From the NCBI GenBank assembly GCA_004375895.1, contig SOJW01000035.1, forward strand, positions 42,264 through 106,263: DNA of 64,000 nucleotides, written 5' to 3'. How positions within the stretch are numbered: position 1 is the stretch's first letter; every line of letters begins with the position of its first letter. Of this stretch, positions 51,258 to 61,324 are shown piece by piece. Under the pieces are notes generated by a model. It did no database searches, was not told where the DNA came from, and was given only the letters and a program-made list of their open reading frames with translations. This DNA is from Candidatus Stahliibacteriota bacterium (GTDB lineage Bacteria; Hydrothermota; Tepidihabitantia; B3-TA06). A program made the position numbers and the translations under genes.

Positions 51258-51845
51258 ATGGCGAAGAAGATTCTCATTCTATTGACAGTGGGTCTGGTTC
51301 TGTTCGCGGGTGTGGCCTATGGCGCCAGGATGAAGAAAAAGGACGCGGAAACGCAGCTAGAGACCTGCAACATCCGTGAGGCGGCTGCTGAAGAAGGAAT
51401 CGGCAACATTGATCCTAAAGTAAACGCCTTAAAGGACGAGGTGGCTGCTCTGGACACCAAGATTGCCGAGCTTGAAGCGCGTCTTGCCGAGCTCGAGGCA
51501 GAGCCTCGCTACTGGGGCCGTTACACCGTTAAGTCCGGTGACTATCTCTACAAGATCGCTGCAGATGAATACGTCTACCATGACGGCTCCAAGTGGCCGG
51601 CAATCTACGAGGCAAACAACGACATCATCTCCGATCCGAATCTGATCTATCCGGGCTGGGTACTCTTTATACCCGGCGTCAACGAATGGAAAGTGAAGTC
51701 GGGTAACTGGCTGTGGAAGATCGCCAACTCTGTAGCGGTATACGGAGACGGCTCCAAGTGGCCGGCAATCTACGAGGCAAACAAAGATCAGATTAATGAT
51801 CCGGACCTGATCTATCCGAACCAAGTCTTTGTTATTCCGCGTTAA
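51258..51845 (+). CDS. Protein with an N-terminal TM segment, a coiled coil and two LysM-like domains
   Basis: Two copies of YTVKSGDYLYKIA...YPGWVLFIP / WKVKSGNWLWKIA...YPNQVFVIP. Confidence 0.7.
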   Translation: MAKKILILLTVGLVLFAGVAYGARMKKKDAETQLETCNIREAAAEEGIGNIDPKVNALKDEVAALDTKIAELEARLAELEAEPRYWGRYTVKSGDYLYKIAADEYVYHDGSKWPAIYEANNDIISDPNLIYPGWVLFIPGVNEWKVKSGNWLWKIANSVAVYGDGSKWPAIYEANKDQINDPDLIYPNQVFVIPR

Positions 51846-51909
51846 GCGCAACATGATTGTTGAGGGGAAGACGAATTAGTCTTCCCCTCTTCCCATCTTC
51901 CATTGACCC

Positions 51910-52848
51910 ATGTCACGACGTATCCTGAAGATAAAGGACGTTGACCCACTCCTTTTAACCGGGGTGGGTGAAGAGAATCTGCGTGTCCTGCGAGGAAACT
52001 TTGATGTCCAGATTGTGGCAAGGGGCACAAAACTTGCTCTTGAGGGTAGGGATGCTGAGGTAGATAAAGTCAGCAACCTGATAGAACGTCTCTGTGGGAT
52101 GATAAGGTCGGGAAGACTTATTACCCCAGAGATCGTGCTTACCGAGACAGAAGGGTTGCGAGGAGTACGCAAACTCCAGGATCAGGAAGAGGGCGTGACC
52201 TACACCCCGCGTAAGGTTATCCGTCCCCAGTCCGAACATCAGGCAAGATACATAAAAAGCATAGATGAAAACTCGATAACCTTCAGCATCGGGCCGGCAG
52301 GAACGGGCAAGACCTATCTCGCGGTTGCCAAGGCGGTCGAGGCGCTCACAAACGACCAGATCGACCGTATCATCCTCACCCGACCCGCGGTTGAGGCTGG
52401 GGAGTCACTGGGGTTCCTGCCAGGGGACTTGAAGGAGAAGGTGGACCCCTACCTGCGTCCGCTGTATGATGCGCTCTCCGACATGATCCCTGCCGAGCGC
52501 ATGAGACGCTTTTTGGATAATCAGGTTATCGAGATAGCCCCGCTTGCTTTCATGAGAGGCAGAACACTTTCGGACGCCTACATCATCCTTGACGAGGCCC
52601 AGAACACCACCCCCATACAGATGAAGATGTTCCTCACGCGCCTTGGCTGGAACTCACATGCAATCATAACCGGTGATGTTACTCAGATCGATCTGGAGCA
52701 TTCCGAGCAGTCAGGGCTGCTTGATGCGAGGAAGTTACTCCAGGAGATCGAAGGGGTAGTATTCGTTCACTTCGATTCCACGGATGTGGTTCGCCCGCCT
52801 CTGGTATCGGCAATAATCGAGGCCTATGATAAGAAAAAACCTTCGTAG
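51910..52848 (+). CDS. phoH: PhoH-family ATPase
   Basis: Walker A GPAGTGKTYLAVA and Walker B ILDEAQN. Confidence 0.9.
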   Translation: MSRRILKIKDVDPLLLTGVGEENLRVLRGNFDVQIVARGTKLALEGRDAEVDKVSNLIERLCGMIRSGRLITPEIVLTETEGLRGVRKLQDQEEGVTYTPRKVIRPQSEHQARYIKSIDENSITFSIGPAGTGKTYLAVAKAVEALTNDQIDRIILTRPAVEAGESLGFLPGDLKEKVDPYLRPLYDALSDMIPAERMRRFLDNQVIEIAPLAFMRGRTLSDAYIILDEAQNTTPIQMKMFLTRLGWNSHAIITGDVTQIDLEHSEQSGLLDARKLLQEIEGVVFVHFDSTDVVRPPLVSAIIEAYDKKKPS

Positions 52849-54934
52849 GCTGTTTCTCGCCGCATCGGCTATAGCGGTGCTTGCGACCCTAAACCTGGCG
52901 CCGCTTCTCTCACCGCCTCCTAAAATGGAGTATGCCGATGGTGATGTGGTAGAGAAGGATCTCTACGCTCCAATCTCCTTTCCCCTTCCAAAGGACTCAA
53001 CCCGTCTCGTGGCCGAGCAAGACAGTGCCGCAGCAGGGATTCTACCTATCCTTGCTCTGAAGGAGGAAGTCGAGACCAAGTGGCGGCAGACCTTGCGAGA
53101 CCTGCGCACCTCTGACTCGATAGCCAGTGAACTCCATTTAGAGAAACGCGAACTGCTCAGCTCGAAACTGCTTGCCTCCGCAGACAGCGTCGTAGAGGTG
53201 ATTAGCTCCCAAGGCTACTTCCGAGAGAAAGAAGACCTTGCCGCACGCAAGGTAGTCGTCCTTATGGGAGAGGTGGAGATAGGGGAATCTTTAGACAACA
53301 TACTGGGCTTCTGGGACGCTGACACACTGATTGAGAACTCAGCCCGACGCCACTTCACCGCAGATAAACAAAGGGCAGCCCTACTAACAGATATACTCAG
53401 ACGGATCGTTCTGCCCAACCCGAATCTGGTGTATGACAGCGAGGAAACCGAGGCAAGATGCGAAGCTGCACGGAACCGCGTAAGCCCGTATGAGGGATTC
53501 GTTGAACGGGGAGAGTTGATAGTCGAGGCCAACAGCCGTATCGACCCCCTGACCCTTAAGAAAATCGCTGCCCTTAACGCGGAGATAGAGGGCAACTGGA
53601 GATTGAAAATCCAGCTCTTCATCCGCCAGAATCTTCTCTTCATATTAATCCTTTTGGGCCTGGGATTATGTCTTTACCTCTTAAGACGTGAGCCCGAGGT
53701 TCGTGAGTTCCTTTATGTGACAACGTTACTGGTGCTTGGGCTTGCCGCAAGCCTTATCCTGCGACGCTTCTCCATCTGGTGGTTCGTTCCAACCGGCTTT
53801 GTGGCACTAGCCGTCGCCATGTTTCTTGGGCCCCTTGAAGGAATTCTCCTGGCAGGTATCACCTCCATTCTGATATACCTTCCCTGGCAGACTGAGCCGG
53901 AGTATCTTCTTTACGCGCTCCTTTCAGGCTCAGGCGCCCTGCTTGCTTTGCCTTTAATGCATCGCCGCATAGGGTTCGTTGCATCCTTCGGTTTCATACT
54001 CGGTGGAGGAATCATTGCGCGGGGAATCTTCATCCTGACCAAGGTCAACTTCTCGCTTCGTGAACTACCCGTATTGGGATTGGAGGCGGGTATAAATTCT
54101 GCAATCAACTTCGCATTCCTTGCAGCCGCGTTCTTTGCCGCAGAACGTCTATTTGGCTTCACCTCAACCCTTACCCTTGCGGAGCTTGCCGACCTCAACA
54201 AACCGCTGCTCAAGGAACTCTCCCTCAAGGCAACCGGAACATATCACCACAGCGTACTTGTGGGCAGCCTTGCCGAACGCGCCGCCCGGGTAATTGGAGC
54301 CAATCCGGCCCTGGTCCTTGCAAGCGGCTACTATCATGACATAGGCAAGACGGCCAAACCCCAGTACTTTATAGAAAACCAACTGGACGAAGAAAACCCT
54401 CATGATGGGCTCAAGCCTCGTATGTCCGCCTTGATCCTCGCAAACCACGTCAAAAAAGGTCTGGTGATGGCAGGACGTTACCGGCTGCCGCGTCTCATCC
54501 GCGATATAGTGGCCCAGCATCACGGAACCACACGGATGGAGTATTTTTATCGCAAGCATCTTGAGACCAAGGATGCAGAATCCGTACCAGAGGAGGTCTT
54601 CCGTTACCCCGGGCCAAAACCTCAAACCAAGGAGGCGGCGTTGGTGATGCTTGCAGACTCGGTTGAGGCGGCTGTACGCGCCCATGGATTTACAGACCGT
54701 GATGACCTGGAAAGATTCATAAAGGAGATAATAAACGACAAGGTCGCGGACGGTCAGCTGGATGAGTGCCACTTCACCACATCAGACATCCACGAGGTAC
54801 GTAAGGTCTTCACCTCGACCCTTATTGGAATCTTTCACCCAAGAATCCGTTATGAGAAAAAGAATAACGCTACTAGCCCCAGGAAGAATTCAAAGAAAAG
54901 CAGCCCTGCGAAGACTCGTAAAAAGCGTTCTTGA
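52826..54934 (+). CDS. 7TM-receptor with intracellular HD-hydrolase domain (YqfF-like)
   Basis: Extracellular N-terminal domain, seven TM helices, and an HD domain (HHSVLVGSLA...YYHDIGK). Confidence 0.85.
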   Translation: MIRKNLRRLFLAASAIAVLATLNLAPLLSPPPKMEYADGDVVEKDLYAPISFPLPKDSTRLVAEQDSAAAGILPILALKEEVETKWRQTLRDLRTSDSIASELHLEKRELLSSKLLASADSVVEVISSQGYFREKEDLAARKVVVLMGEVEIGESLDNILGFWDADTLIENSARRHFTADKQRAALLTDILRRIVLPNPNLVYDSEETEARCEAARNRVSPYEGFVERGELIVEANSRIDPLTLKKIAALNAEIEGNWRLKIQLFIRQNLLFILILLGLGLCLYLLRREPEVREFLYVTTLLVLGLAASLILRRFSIWWFVPTGFVALAVAMFLGPLEGILLAGITSILIYLPWQTEPEYLLYALLSGSGALLALPLMHRRIGFVASFGFILGGGIIARGIFILTKVNFSLRELPVLGLEAGINSAINFAFLAAAFFAAERLFGFTSTLTLAELADLNKPLLKELSLKATGTYHHSVLVGSLAERAARVIGANPALVLASGYYHDIGKTAKPQYFIENQLDEENPHDGLKPRMSALILANHVKKGLVMAGRYRLPRLIRDIVAQHHGTTRMEYFYRKHLETKDAESVPEEVFRYPGPKPQTKEAALVMLADSVEAAVRAHGFTDRDDLERFIKEIINDKVADGQLDECHFTTSDIHEVRKVFTSTLIGIFHPRIRYEKKNNATSPRKNSKKSSPAKTRKKRS

Positions 54935-55232
54935 CGCCCAGGGCTGCAACAAGCGGGTTAATATCGTGTTAACGGACGACGAAACGCTTAGAGATTTAAA
55001 TGAACGCTTCAAGGGGCGCAAAGGACCCACCGACGTCCTGGCATTTGACTTTGAGGAGCCGGATTTCCTTGGAGAGGTCTACGTGTCCCTCGATCGCGCC
55101 CGCGAACAAGCTCTAGACTACGGTGTAAGCGAGGAAGAAGAGATAGAAAGGCTCGTACTTCACGGCCTGCTGCATCTTTTGGGATACCCCCACACACAGA
55201 TGGAACCAATAATGAAGCGGTACCTGGGATGA
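54852..55232 (+). CDS. ybeY: rRNA maturation endoribonuclease YbeY
   Basis: H-x3-H-x5-H: HGLLHLLGYPH. Start placed at the internal Met. The ORF overlaps the tail of the HD-domain gene. Confidence 0.8.
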   Translation: MRKRITLLAPGRIQRKAALRRLVKSVLDAQGCNKRVNIVLTDDETLRDLNERFKGRKGPTDVLAFDFEEPDFLGEVYVSLDRAREQALDYGVSEEEEIERLVLHGLLHLLGYPHTQMEPIMKRYLG

Positions 55233-55241
55233 TTATCTAAG

Positions 55242-56471
55242 ATGATCCCGATTCTTACGACCATCCTTATCCTGCTTGTAGCAAGCGCCTTCTTCTCAAG
55301 TGCGGAGACCGCATACTTCTCCATCTCGCCGCTGCGCAGCGCACAGCTGGGACAGGCAGGGCTCGTGCGCTGGCTGCTCTCATCACGCGACCGGCTTCTG
55401 GGAACAATCCTTTCAGGCAACCACATCGTCAACTTCACCGCCACCGCCCTCTGGACAACACTACTCATAATGGCATCAAAGCGTTGGGGGTGGAATGAAA
55501 CCGAGACCCTCTCTATAGGTGCGGCTTTAATGGTTGTAACGCTTCTTATCCTAGGCGAGATAACACCCAAGATTGTTGCGGTAAGACTGCCGATGAAAAT
55601 TGCCAGGCTCTATGCGCCTGTATTGATATTCTTCTGGTGGCTATTCTTCCCCCTAACCTGGGCTCTCTCCTCCCTCTCCAGATTGATCTTCCGAGGCCGC
55701 CCCAGAGAACGCCCCTTTCCCACGGACGAGGAGGTCAAAACCATGATCGAGATGGCGGTGCGTTACGGCATACTTCGCCCACAGGAGGAACAGATCATGG
55801 AGAATCTTGTGGATCTGGGCGAACGCACAGTAAGTGAGGTGATGACCCCGCGTGTAGGGATGAGTGCCCTGCCTGTCAATACAAGTCGTTACAAAGCGCT
55901 TGCCTACGTCAAACGGACACATAAATCTCGTTACCCGATCTACGAGGACACCACCGACAAGATAGTTGGGGTGCTCTACACCAAGGATCTGATTGTAGCC
56001 CCAAAGCGCACCTCCATCAGGAGGCTTCTACGCGAGCCTTACTTCGTGCCTGAAACCAAAGTCCTTTCAGAGCTTCTGGAAGAGCTGCGGCGCTCCGATC
56101 AACATATAGCCATAGTGGTGGACGAGTTCGGCGGTATCGCAGGCCTGGCGACACTTGAGGATATACTCGAGGCAATCTTCGGTGAGATTGTGGACGAGTA
56201 CGACACCGGGGTTCCCTACAAACGCCTTGGCCGCGGGAGATACCTTGTAGACGGCGATATAGACCTGGCCAAACTCAACGAGTTTTTTGACGATGCCTTC
56301 GCAGAAGCAGAGGATGAGTTCGACAGGCTCTCCGAACTCATAACACACGAGCTGGGACACATACCGAAGCGTGGGGAGAAGATGAGCTACAAGGGGATTG
56401 ATCTTACTATGCGAAGTGTGAGACGCCTGCGTATAGAAAAGGTTCTGCTGGAACAAAAGAGGACCAAGTGA
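55242..56471 (+). CDS. CNNM/CorC-HlyC family transporter (DUF21-CBS pair-CorC_HlyC)
   Basis: N-terminal DUF21 TM domain, CBS pair, C-terminal transporter-associated domain. Confidence 0.85.
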   Translation: MIPILTTILILLVASAFFSSAETAYFSISPLRSAQLGQAGLVRWLLSSRDRLLGTILSGNHIVNFTATALWTTLLIMASKRWGWNETETLSIGAALMVVTLLILGEITPKIVAVRLPMKIARLYAPVLIFFWWLFFPLTWALSSLSRLIFRGRPRERPFPTDEEVKTMIEMAVRYGILRPQEEQIMENLVDLGERTVSEVMTPRVGMSALPVNTSRYKALAYVKRTHKSRYPIYEDTTDKIVGVLYTKDLIVAPKRTSIRRLLREPYFVPETKVLSELLEELRRSDQHIAIVVDEFGGIAGLATLEDILEAIFGEIVDEYDTGVPYKRLGRGRYLVDGDIDLAKLNEFFDDAFAEAEDEFDRLSELITHELGHIPKRGEKMSYKGIDLTMRSVRRLRIEKVLLEQKRTK

Positions 56472-57394
56472 CGCTTCTTTTAGGTATACTCTTCATATTT
56501 ATCCAGGGCTTCTTTTCCGGTTCGGAAACGGCCTACGTGGTGGCGAACCCGGTGAGGGTAGCTCATCTTTCTAAGAAAACCCGCAGACAGGAAAAGGCTA
56601 TAGAGCTCTTAAACAACCCCGAACTCCTACTGGTAGCCACCCTTATAGGAACCAACATCGCGGTTGTCCTCTCAGGGTTGTTCCTCACCGCCTTCTTCGT
56701 GGATCAACTCAACGAAACCTTGGGAACGATCGTGGCTATCATCGTAGGTGTGCTGGCAGGATTGCTGCTCGGCGAGTATCTGCCCAAGAATCTGGCCCGG
56801 TTGAACGCAGAGCAAGTGGTGATAGCTACCTCTCCTTTCTATTCCGTGGCGATAGTGCTTTCAAAACCCTTCAGAAGACTCTTTCGTCGCCCTAAGAGAA
56901 AGGAGAAAAGAGGCGAACGTCTCTCCATCACACGGCTGGATATGCTCACCGCACTGAGACTCGGCGAAAAGATTGGGAGTATAGAAGAAAAAACCTCACC
57001 TCGCGTCGCCAACCTCTTCAGTGCATTCGACACCCCCCTTGGTGACGTGATGACCCCGTGGGATCGTGTGGTAACGCTGAAGACCGGCACCAAACGTGGC
57101 AATATCCTTAAGGTGATTGAGCGGGAGGGATTCACACGTTACCCTGTTTTGAATCGCCGCACCGGACGCATCAAGGGCATCCTGCACGCCAAGGACCTTC
57201 TGCGGGAAAAACCCAGATTGAGCAAGCCCTTCTTCACCACGCCGGGCGCTCGCATCACCGAACTTCTGCGCACCATGCAGAACAACCGGGCGCACATGGC
57301 GATCGTTTTAGACAGAGAGGATAAGCCTGTAGGGCTTGTCACCCTCGAGGACCTGCTTGAGGAGTTCGTTGGCGAGATCCGCAGCGAGGAATAA
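56468..57394 (+). CDS. Second DUF21-CBS membrane protein (paralog, shorter)
   Basis: GTG start overlapping the upstream TGA. DUF21 plus CBS pair. Confidence 0.75.
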   Translation: MTLLLGILFIFIQGFFSGSETAYVVANPVRVAHLSKKTRRQEKAIELLNNPELLLVATLIGTNIAVVLSGLFLTAFFVDQLNETLGTIVAIIVGVLAGLLLGEYLPKNLARLNAEQVVIATSPFYSVAIVLSKPFRRLFRRPKRKEKRGERLSITRLDMLTALRLGEKIGSIEEKTSPRVANLFSAFDTPLGDVMTPWDRVVTLKTGTKRGNILKVIEREGFTRYPVLNRRTGRIKGILHAKDLLREKPRLSKPFFTTPGARITELLRTMQNNRAHMAIVLDREDKPVGLVTLEDLLEEFVGEIRSEE

Positions 57395-57585
57395 CCTTCA
57401 CCCCACCAGGCTACTTCGTATCCTGGCGGGGACCCCGACGTAAATCCTCCTTTTTCCCTGCGGGAAAAAGATCGGAGAGGGGAGAATGTAGAGAGGTAGG
57501 GGCACGGCATACCCTATGAGCGTATGAACCGCTCAAGGGGCACGCTGTGCCGTACCCATACTTTCTATCTCCATAGGAAGTCAGG

Positions 57586-57650
57586 AATGCCCCGAAGGGG
57601 AAACGGTGTTTTACGGGTGGTGTTACGGGTACGGGTGTTACGGGGGGGGC
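57586..57650 (+). repeat. GTTACGG/hairpin element copy (GAATGCCCCGAAGGGG + GTTACGG repeats) abutting a promoter
   Basis: gaatgccccgaaggggaaacggtgttttacgggtggtgttacgggtacgggtgttacgggggggg, followed by TTGACA-16-TATGAT at 57651-57678. Confidence 0.75.
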
Positions 57651-57876
57651 TTGACATATCCCTAAATCTTCCTATGATAATTATAGAGGTCTTTATGGGT
57701 CGGATGGAACTCCTATATGCTCAATTCCAACACATAAAAGAGGACGTCACTAACGCAAAGACAGGGTGGGAGATCGGTGTAAACCCCCGACTCTTACTCT
57801 TTAAACCAAGAGCCAACCCGGCAGGATGGTTTCTGAAAAAGCCATTCCGCAGGGGAAAATAAAAAGGAGGACATAA

Positions 57877-59910
57877 ATGCTTAAAAAACTCATCCTGCTG
57901 ACGGCGGTGTTTGCGATAGCCGCCTTTGCGGTGGTTGGTCCTGTTAAGGTACCGGAAGGGGTGGAAGTCGGTTTTGCCCCTGTCCTGCCCCTGAGGGACG
58001 ATCCAATAACCCCTGTCTCATCTATCTCATCCGGCACGGCCGTGCTTTTGACCGAAGGAGAACAAGCCGGCGTCACCACCTACGATTATCAGCAGAACGG
58101 TGCGATGGGCAACCGGATTGCGGTGGATGATAGTGGATACATTCAGCTCTGCTGGATGCACTCGGAAGACGAACCTTCATCCTTCCCTCCTTCCTTCCCG
58201 AATCGTGACATCTACTACAACGTGTGGGGAGAGACTGGTGGTTTCGTCTGGCCTGACGGCCAGAAGGCATCGGGTGAGCCCCGTGCAGGTTACACTACGA
58301 TGGGCTTGCTTTCTGACGATCGGGCTGTAGTTGCGTTCCACCATACTCCGACTGCTAATGTCTCAGCCGTTGTAGTTGATGCTATCCCCCGGTTTGGTGC
58401 ATTCAGTTCACCGGTTGATGTTGATCCCATCACCGTCCCTGAGCAGCCGATCTGGCCGCATATCGTTGTGGGAGCGGACGATGTGATCCACGTTACCGCT
58501 CACATCTCTCCGGCTGATCCGGCAAACCCGCCTGACAACGTTGACTATCTCTACTACTCTCGTTCCACCGATGAAGGGCAAACCTTCTCCGAGTGGAAAG
58601 TCATCACCCAGACCGCCGGCAGCGACGCTGCCATCGCGGTATCTAAGGACGGCAGCAAGGTTGCCATAGCCTGGATGGACGCTTTCCCAATCGAAGGTAT
58701 AGACTGGAGAAGGGCTATGAGCGGTAACATAAAGTACGTGGAGTCTACGAACAGCGGTGCAAGCTGGAGCGCTCCTGTGAACGTCACGGCGGATTACTAC
58801 ACTCAGGAGCCGGTACCCAACAGCAGTGAGGAAGGCATGTGGTGGGGTGCCTGGTACCGTGATCTTGATTGTGCCTACGACGCAGCCGGCAATCTCCACA
58901 TCGGTTGGGGAGAAGGGTTGATGGCCTACGAAGTGCACGGCGAGCCTCCCAATGATAGCCTCTTTTTCTGGTCGATGCATAAACATTTCCTTAGAATGGT
59001 CCATTGGAGTGAGGTTACCAACAAGCGCAACATTGCTTCCGGCCCCTACAGCCAGTTCGTTCCTCTAACCGAGGAAGGTGACACCATCTGGGATATATAC
59101 GGCTTCTACTTGTGGGGAATCCGTGAAAGGATACAGAACTATTACAGTCCGGGTCTTGGCTGCTGGAATCCGCAGCTTGCCGCTATAGGCTCGGGCGACG
59201 ACATGGTCTTCACCTGGCAAGGCCAGTGGGATTCTCTTGACGTCAACGCGGGCGGAGCCATCAACGCCGACATCTATGCCGCAATCTCCACTAACGGCGG
59301 TGCAACATGGGGTGGAGTCGCAGATTGGACTGAGAGCGAGTTCGACGAAAATGGTTTCGGCTTGGTTGCCTACGCCACTAACCTTACAAACACACACAGC
59401 CCTGGTGCCAGGATCGGCGATTGTGAAAGCGAGGAGTACCACTCCGTCTACCCATGGATTGGCGAAGATAGCATCCTTCACATAACCTATGTCAAGGACC
59501 TTTTCTCTGGATCTGTCGTTCAGAAGGTTCCTACCGGTGGAATCTCAACCAGAAACCCGGTGATGTATCTGGGCAGCGAGGTGTATGTAGGCGACGGCCC
59601 GGAACCCACGCCACAACCAGAATCAACATCTGTTGCGGAAGCCCCTCGTGATGAAACCCCCCTCATCACGCTCCTCGGCCAGCACCCGGTCGCCAACTCC
59701 GTGGTCTTCAGCGTAAGCGCACCTGGTACTCATGCCTGGCTGAAGATCTACGACGTTGCCGGCAAACTGGTTGAGACGGTCTTTGAAGGCACGCTCGATG
59801 GCACCCGCATGCTTACCTGGGACGCGTCAGCGACGCCTGCCGGTGTCTACTTCTACTCATTCGTCACGCCTGCACATACCGCGAGCGGTCGAGTGGTGAT
59901 TATAAGGTAG
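57877..59910 (+). CDS. BNR/sialidase-like repeat protein with a T9SS C-terminal sorting domain
   Basis: Signal peptide. BNR motifs STDEGQTFSEW, STNSGASWSAP, STNGGATWGG. C-terminus ...AWLKIYDVAGKLVETVFEG...GVYFYSFVTPAHTASGRVVIIR. Confidence 0.7.
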   Translation: MLKKLILLTAVFAIAAFAVVGPVKVPEGVEVGFAPVLPLRDDPITPVSSISSGTAVLLTEGEQAGVTTYDYQQNGAMGNRIAVDDSGYIQLCWMHSEDEPSSFPPSFPNRDIYYNVWGETGGFVWPDGQKASGEPRAGYTTMGLLSDDRAVVAFHHTPTANVSAVVVDAIPRFGAFSSPVDVDPITVPEQPIWPHIVVGADDVIHVTAHISPADPANPPDNVDYLYYSRSTDEGQTFSEWKVITQTAGSDAAIAVSKDGSKVAIAWMDAFPIEGIDWRRAMSGNIKYVESTNSGASWSAPVNVTADYYTQEPVPNSSEEGMWWGAWYRDLDCAYDAAGNLHIGWGEGLMAYEVHGEPPNDSLFFWSMHKHFLRMVHWSEVTNKRNIASGPYSQFVPLTEEGDTIWDIYGFYLWGIRERIQNYYSPGLGCWNPQLAAIGSGDDMVFTWQGQWDSLDVNAGGAINADIYAAISTNGGATWGGVADWTESEFDENGFGLVAYATNLTNTHSPGARIGDCESEEYHSVYPWIGEDSILHITYVKDLFSGSVVQKVPTGGISTRNPVMYLGSEVYVGDGPEPTPQPESTSVAEAPRDETPLITLLGQHPVANSVVFSVSAPGTHAWLKIYDVAGKLVETVFEGTLDGTRMLTWDASATPAGVYFYSFVTPAHTASGRVVIIR

Positions 59911-59974
59911 GTGAAACGGGGTCGGATGGCGGGAAGTCCCGGGGCTCCCAGGCTCCTCCTTCTCGGGACTCCCG

Positions 59975-60018
59975 CCCCCCGTAACACCGTAACACCGTAA
60001 CACACCGCAACACACCCA
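59975..60018 (+). repeat. CCCCCCGTAACACC 8-bp tandem repeats after the gene stop and before the next promoter
   Basis: cgccccccgtaacaccgtaacaccgtaacacaccgcaacacaccc, then TTGACA at 60023. Confidence 0.75.
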
Positions 60019-60067
60019 CCCCTTGACAAGGTTCCAAAAAAGCCTACACTCTTTTAGGAGGTTGTGT

Positions 60068-61324
60068 ATGAAAAGTGTGTGGAAGATTGTCGTGATCTTG
60101 GGTGTGGTGATCCTAGCCTTATGGGGATGCCAGAGAGATGAAGATGAGACCATTGATTATCCAAGCGCTGTCACTCTGATAGCTCCCCAAGACGGTACCC
60201 ATTTCAAAGAAACACCCCCCACATTCCTCTGGAGTTCTGATTCCCTAGCTACATCCTACATACTGCGTATAGCGACAGATGAGTTCTCAACTGGCGCGGT
60301 TCTGATTAAGGACACCCTGACTGACACCATCTATAAGATGAGCGAAAACTTGTTCTCACAGATCTATCAAGGAACATACAAGTGGGCCGTGGCCCCGCTT
60401 CCAGCAGAGGATGAACTCCTCTGGAGCGAAGTCTGGTCTTTTAGCGTAGATAAATCCTATCCTCCACCACCCCCTATTCTAATCGCACCAGAGGACGGCG
60501 CGGTGTTCGATCTTGAACCGCCTGACTTCATCTGGCACAAGGACAATTCGGCATCGTCGTACGTGATCCGCGTAGTCAAGGATGCCTTCTTCACCGGGGA
60601 GAAGATTGTCGTGGATACCCTAAAGGACACTACTTACACCATGACCCAGGAGGACTTCGAGATTGCCCTTAATGCAGATTACGTCTGGTCAGTGGCTCCA
60701 CTTTACTTAGAAGGCGGCTTAACCTGGAGGGAGTTCCGAAGTTTCACCCTCGATAAGCCCATGCCTGAGCTTGACTTGGATACCACATACTTTCCCCTTG
60801 GATTAAATTACGAGTGGGCTTACGAAAGGCATCTGTGGGGGGATGACTATTCGGACCCCAACAATCCCGACCCGCCCGTATGGGATTATTACGATACTGT
60901 AACCATCACTGTTGCTGATTCCGTCCTCGGAGTGAACGGCTGGGAGTTCTATCTGGAAGGCTACCTCTTCAGAGATGTGGGTGATACCGTCTACATATTC
61001 GGTAACCGGGTGCTGGTCTTTGAAGACGAAAAGATAACCTTCAATCCACAAGCAACTGGACCTCGCGGTGCTAATGAAGGTCTTGAAATAACATACTCAC
61101 AAGACACACTTAATTTATCTGAAGCCTTCTTAGAGACATGGGAACCTATCGGCGAGTCCTACTTGAGAAAAGCTGTCTCACGAATAAAGGGTACAGGCGT
61201 GGTGGCCCAACTCTACAGATCTAGCTCTTCTGGGCACGGCTGGGAAAAGGAAAGTAATGTTGTAGATACCTTACTTTACTTCTTTAACGGGAAAGATACC
61301 GTTTGGCGCAGGGAGGGATCATGA
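60068..61324 (+). CDS. Hypothetical lipoprotein with an internal tandem ~80-aa domain duplication
   Basis: RBS aggagg. Lipobox ALWGC. Repeats TLIAPQDGTHF...TPPTFLWS...SYILRIATDEF and ILIAPEDGAVF...EPPDFIWHK...SYVIRVVKDAF. Confidence 0.5.
   Translation: MKSVWKIVVILGVVILALWGCQRDEDETIDYPSAVTLIAPQDGTHFKETPPTFLWSSDSLATSYILRIATDEFSTGAVLIKDTLTDTIYKMSENLFSQIYQGTYKWAVAPLPAEDELLWSEVWSFSVDKSYPPPPPILIAPEDGAVFDLEPPDFIWHKDNSASSYVIRVVKDAFFTGEKIVVDTLKDTTYTMTQEDFEIALNADYVWSVAPLYLEGGLTWREFRSFTLDKPMPELDLDTTYFPLGLNYEWAYERHLWGDDYSDPNNPDPPVWDYYDTVTITVADSVLGVNGWEFYLEGYLFRDVGDTVYIFGNRVLVFEDEKITFNPQATGPRGANEGLEITYSQDTLNLSEAFLETWEPIGESYLRKAVSRIKGTGVVAQLYRSSSSGHGWEKESNVVDTLLYFFNGKDTVWRREGS

Noticed and set aside
54762-54852. 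Longer ybeY start at 54762 giving a 156-aa protein
   Set aside because: The first 30 residues have no YbeY-like sequence and lie fully inside the HD-domain gene. The internal Met at 54852 gives a canonical-length YbeY.
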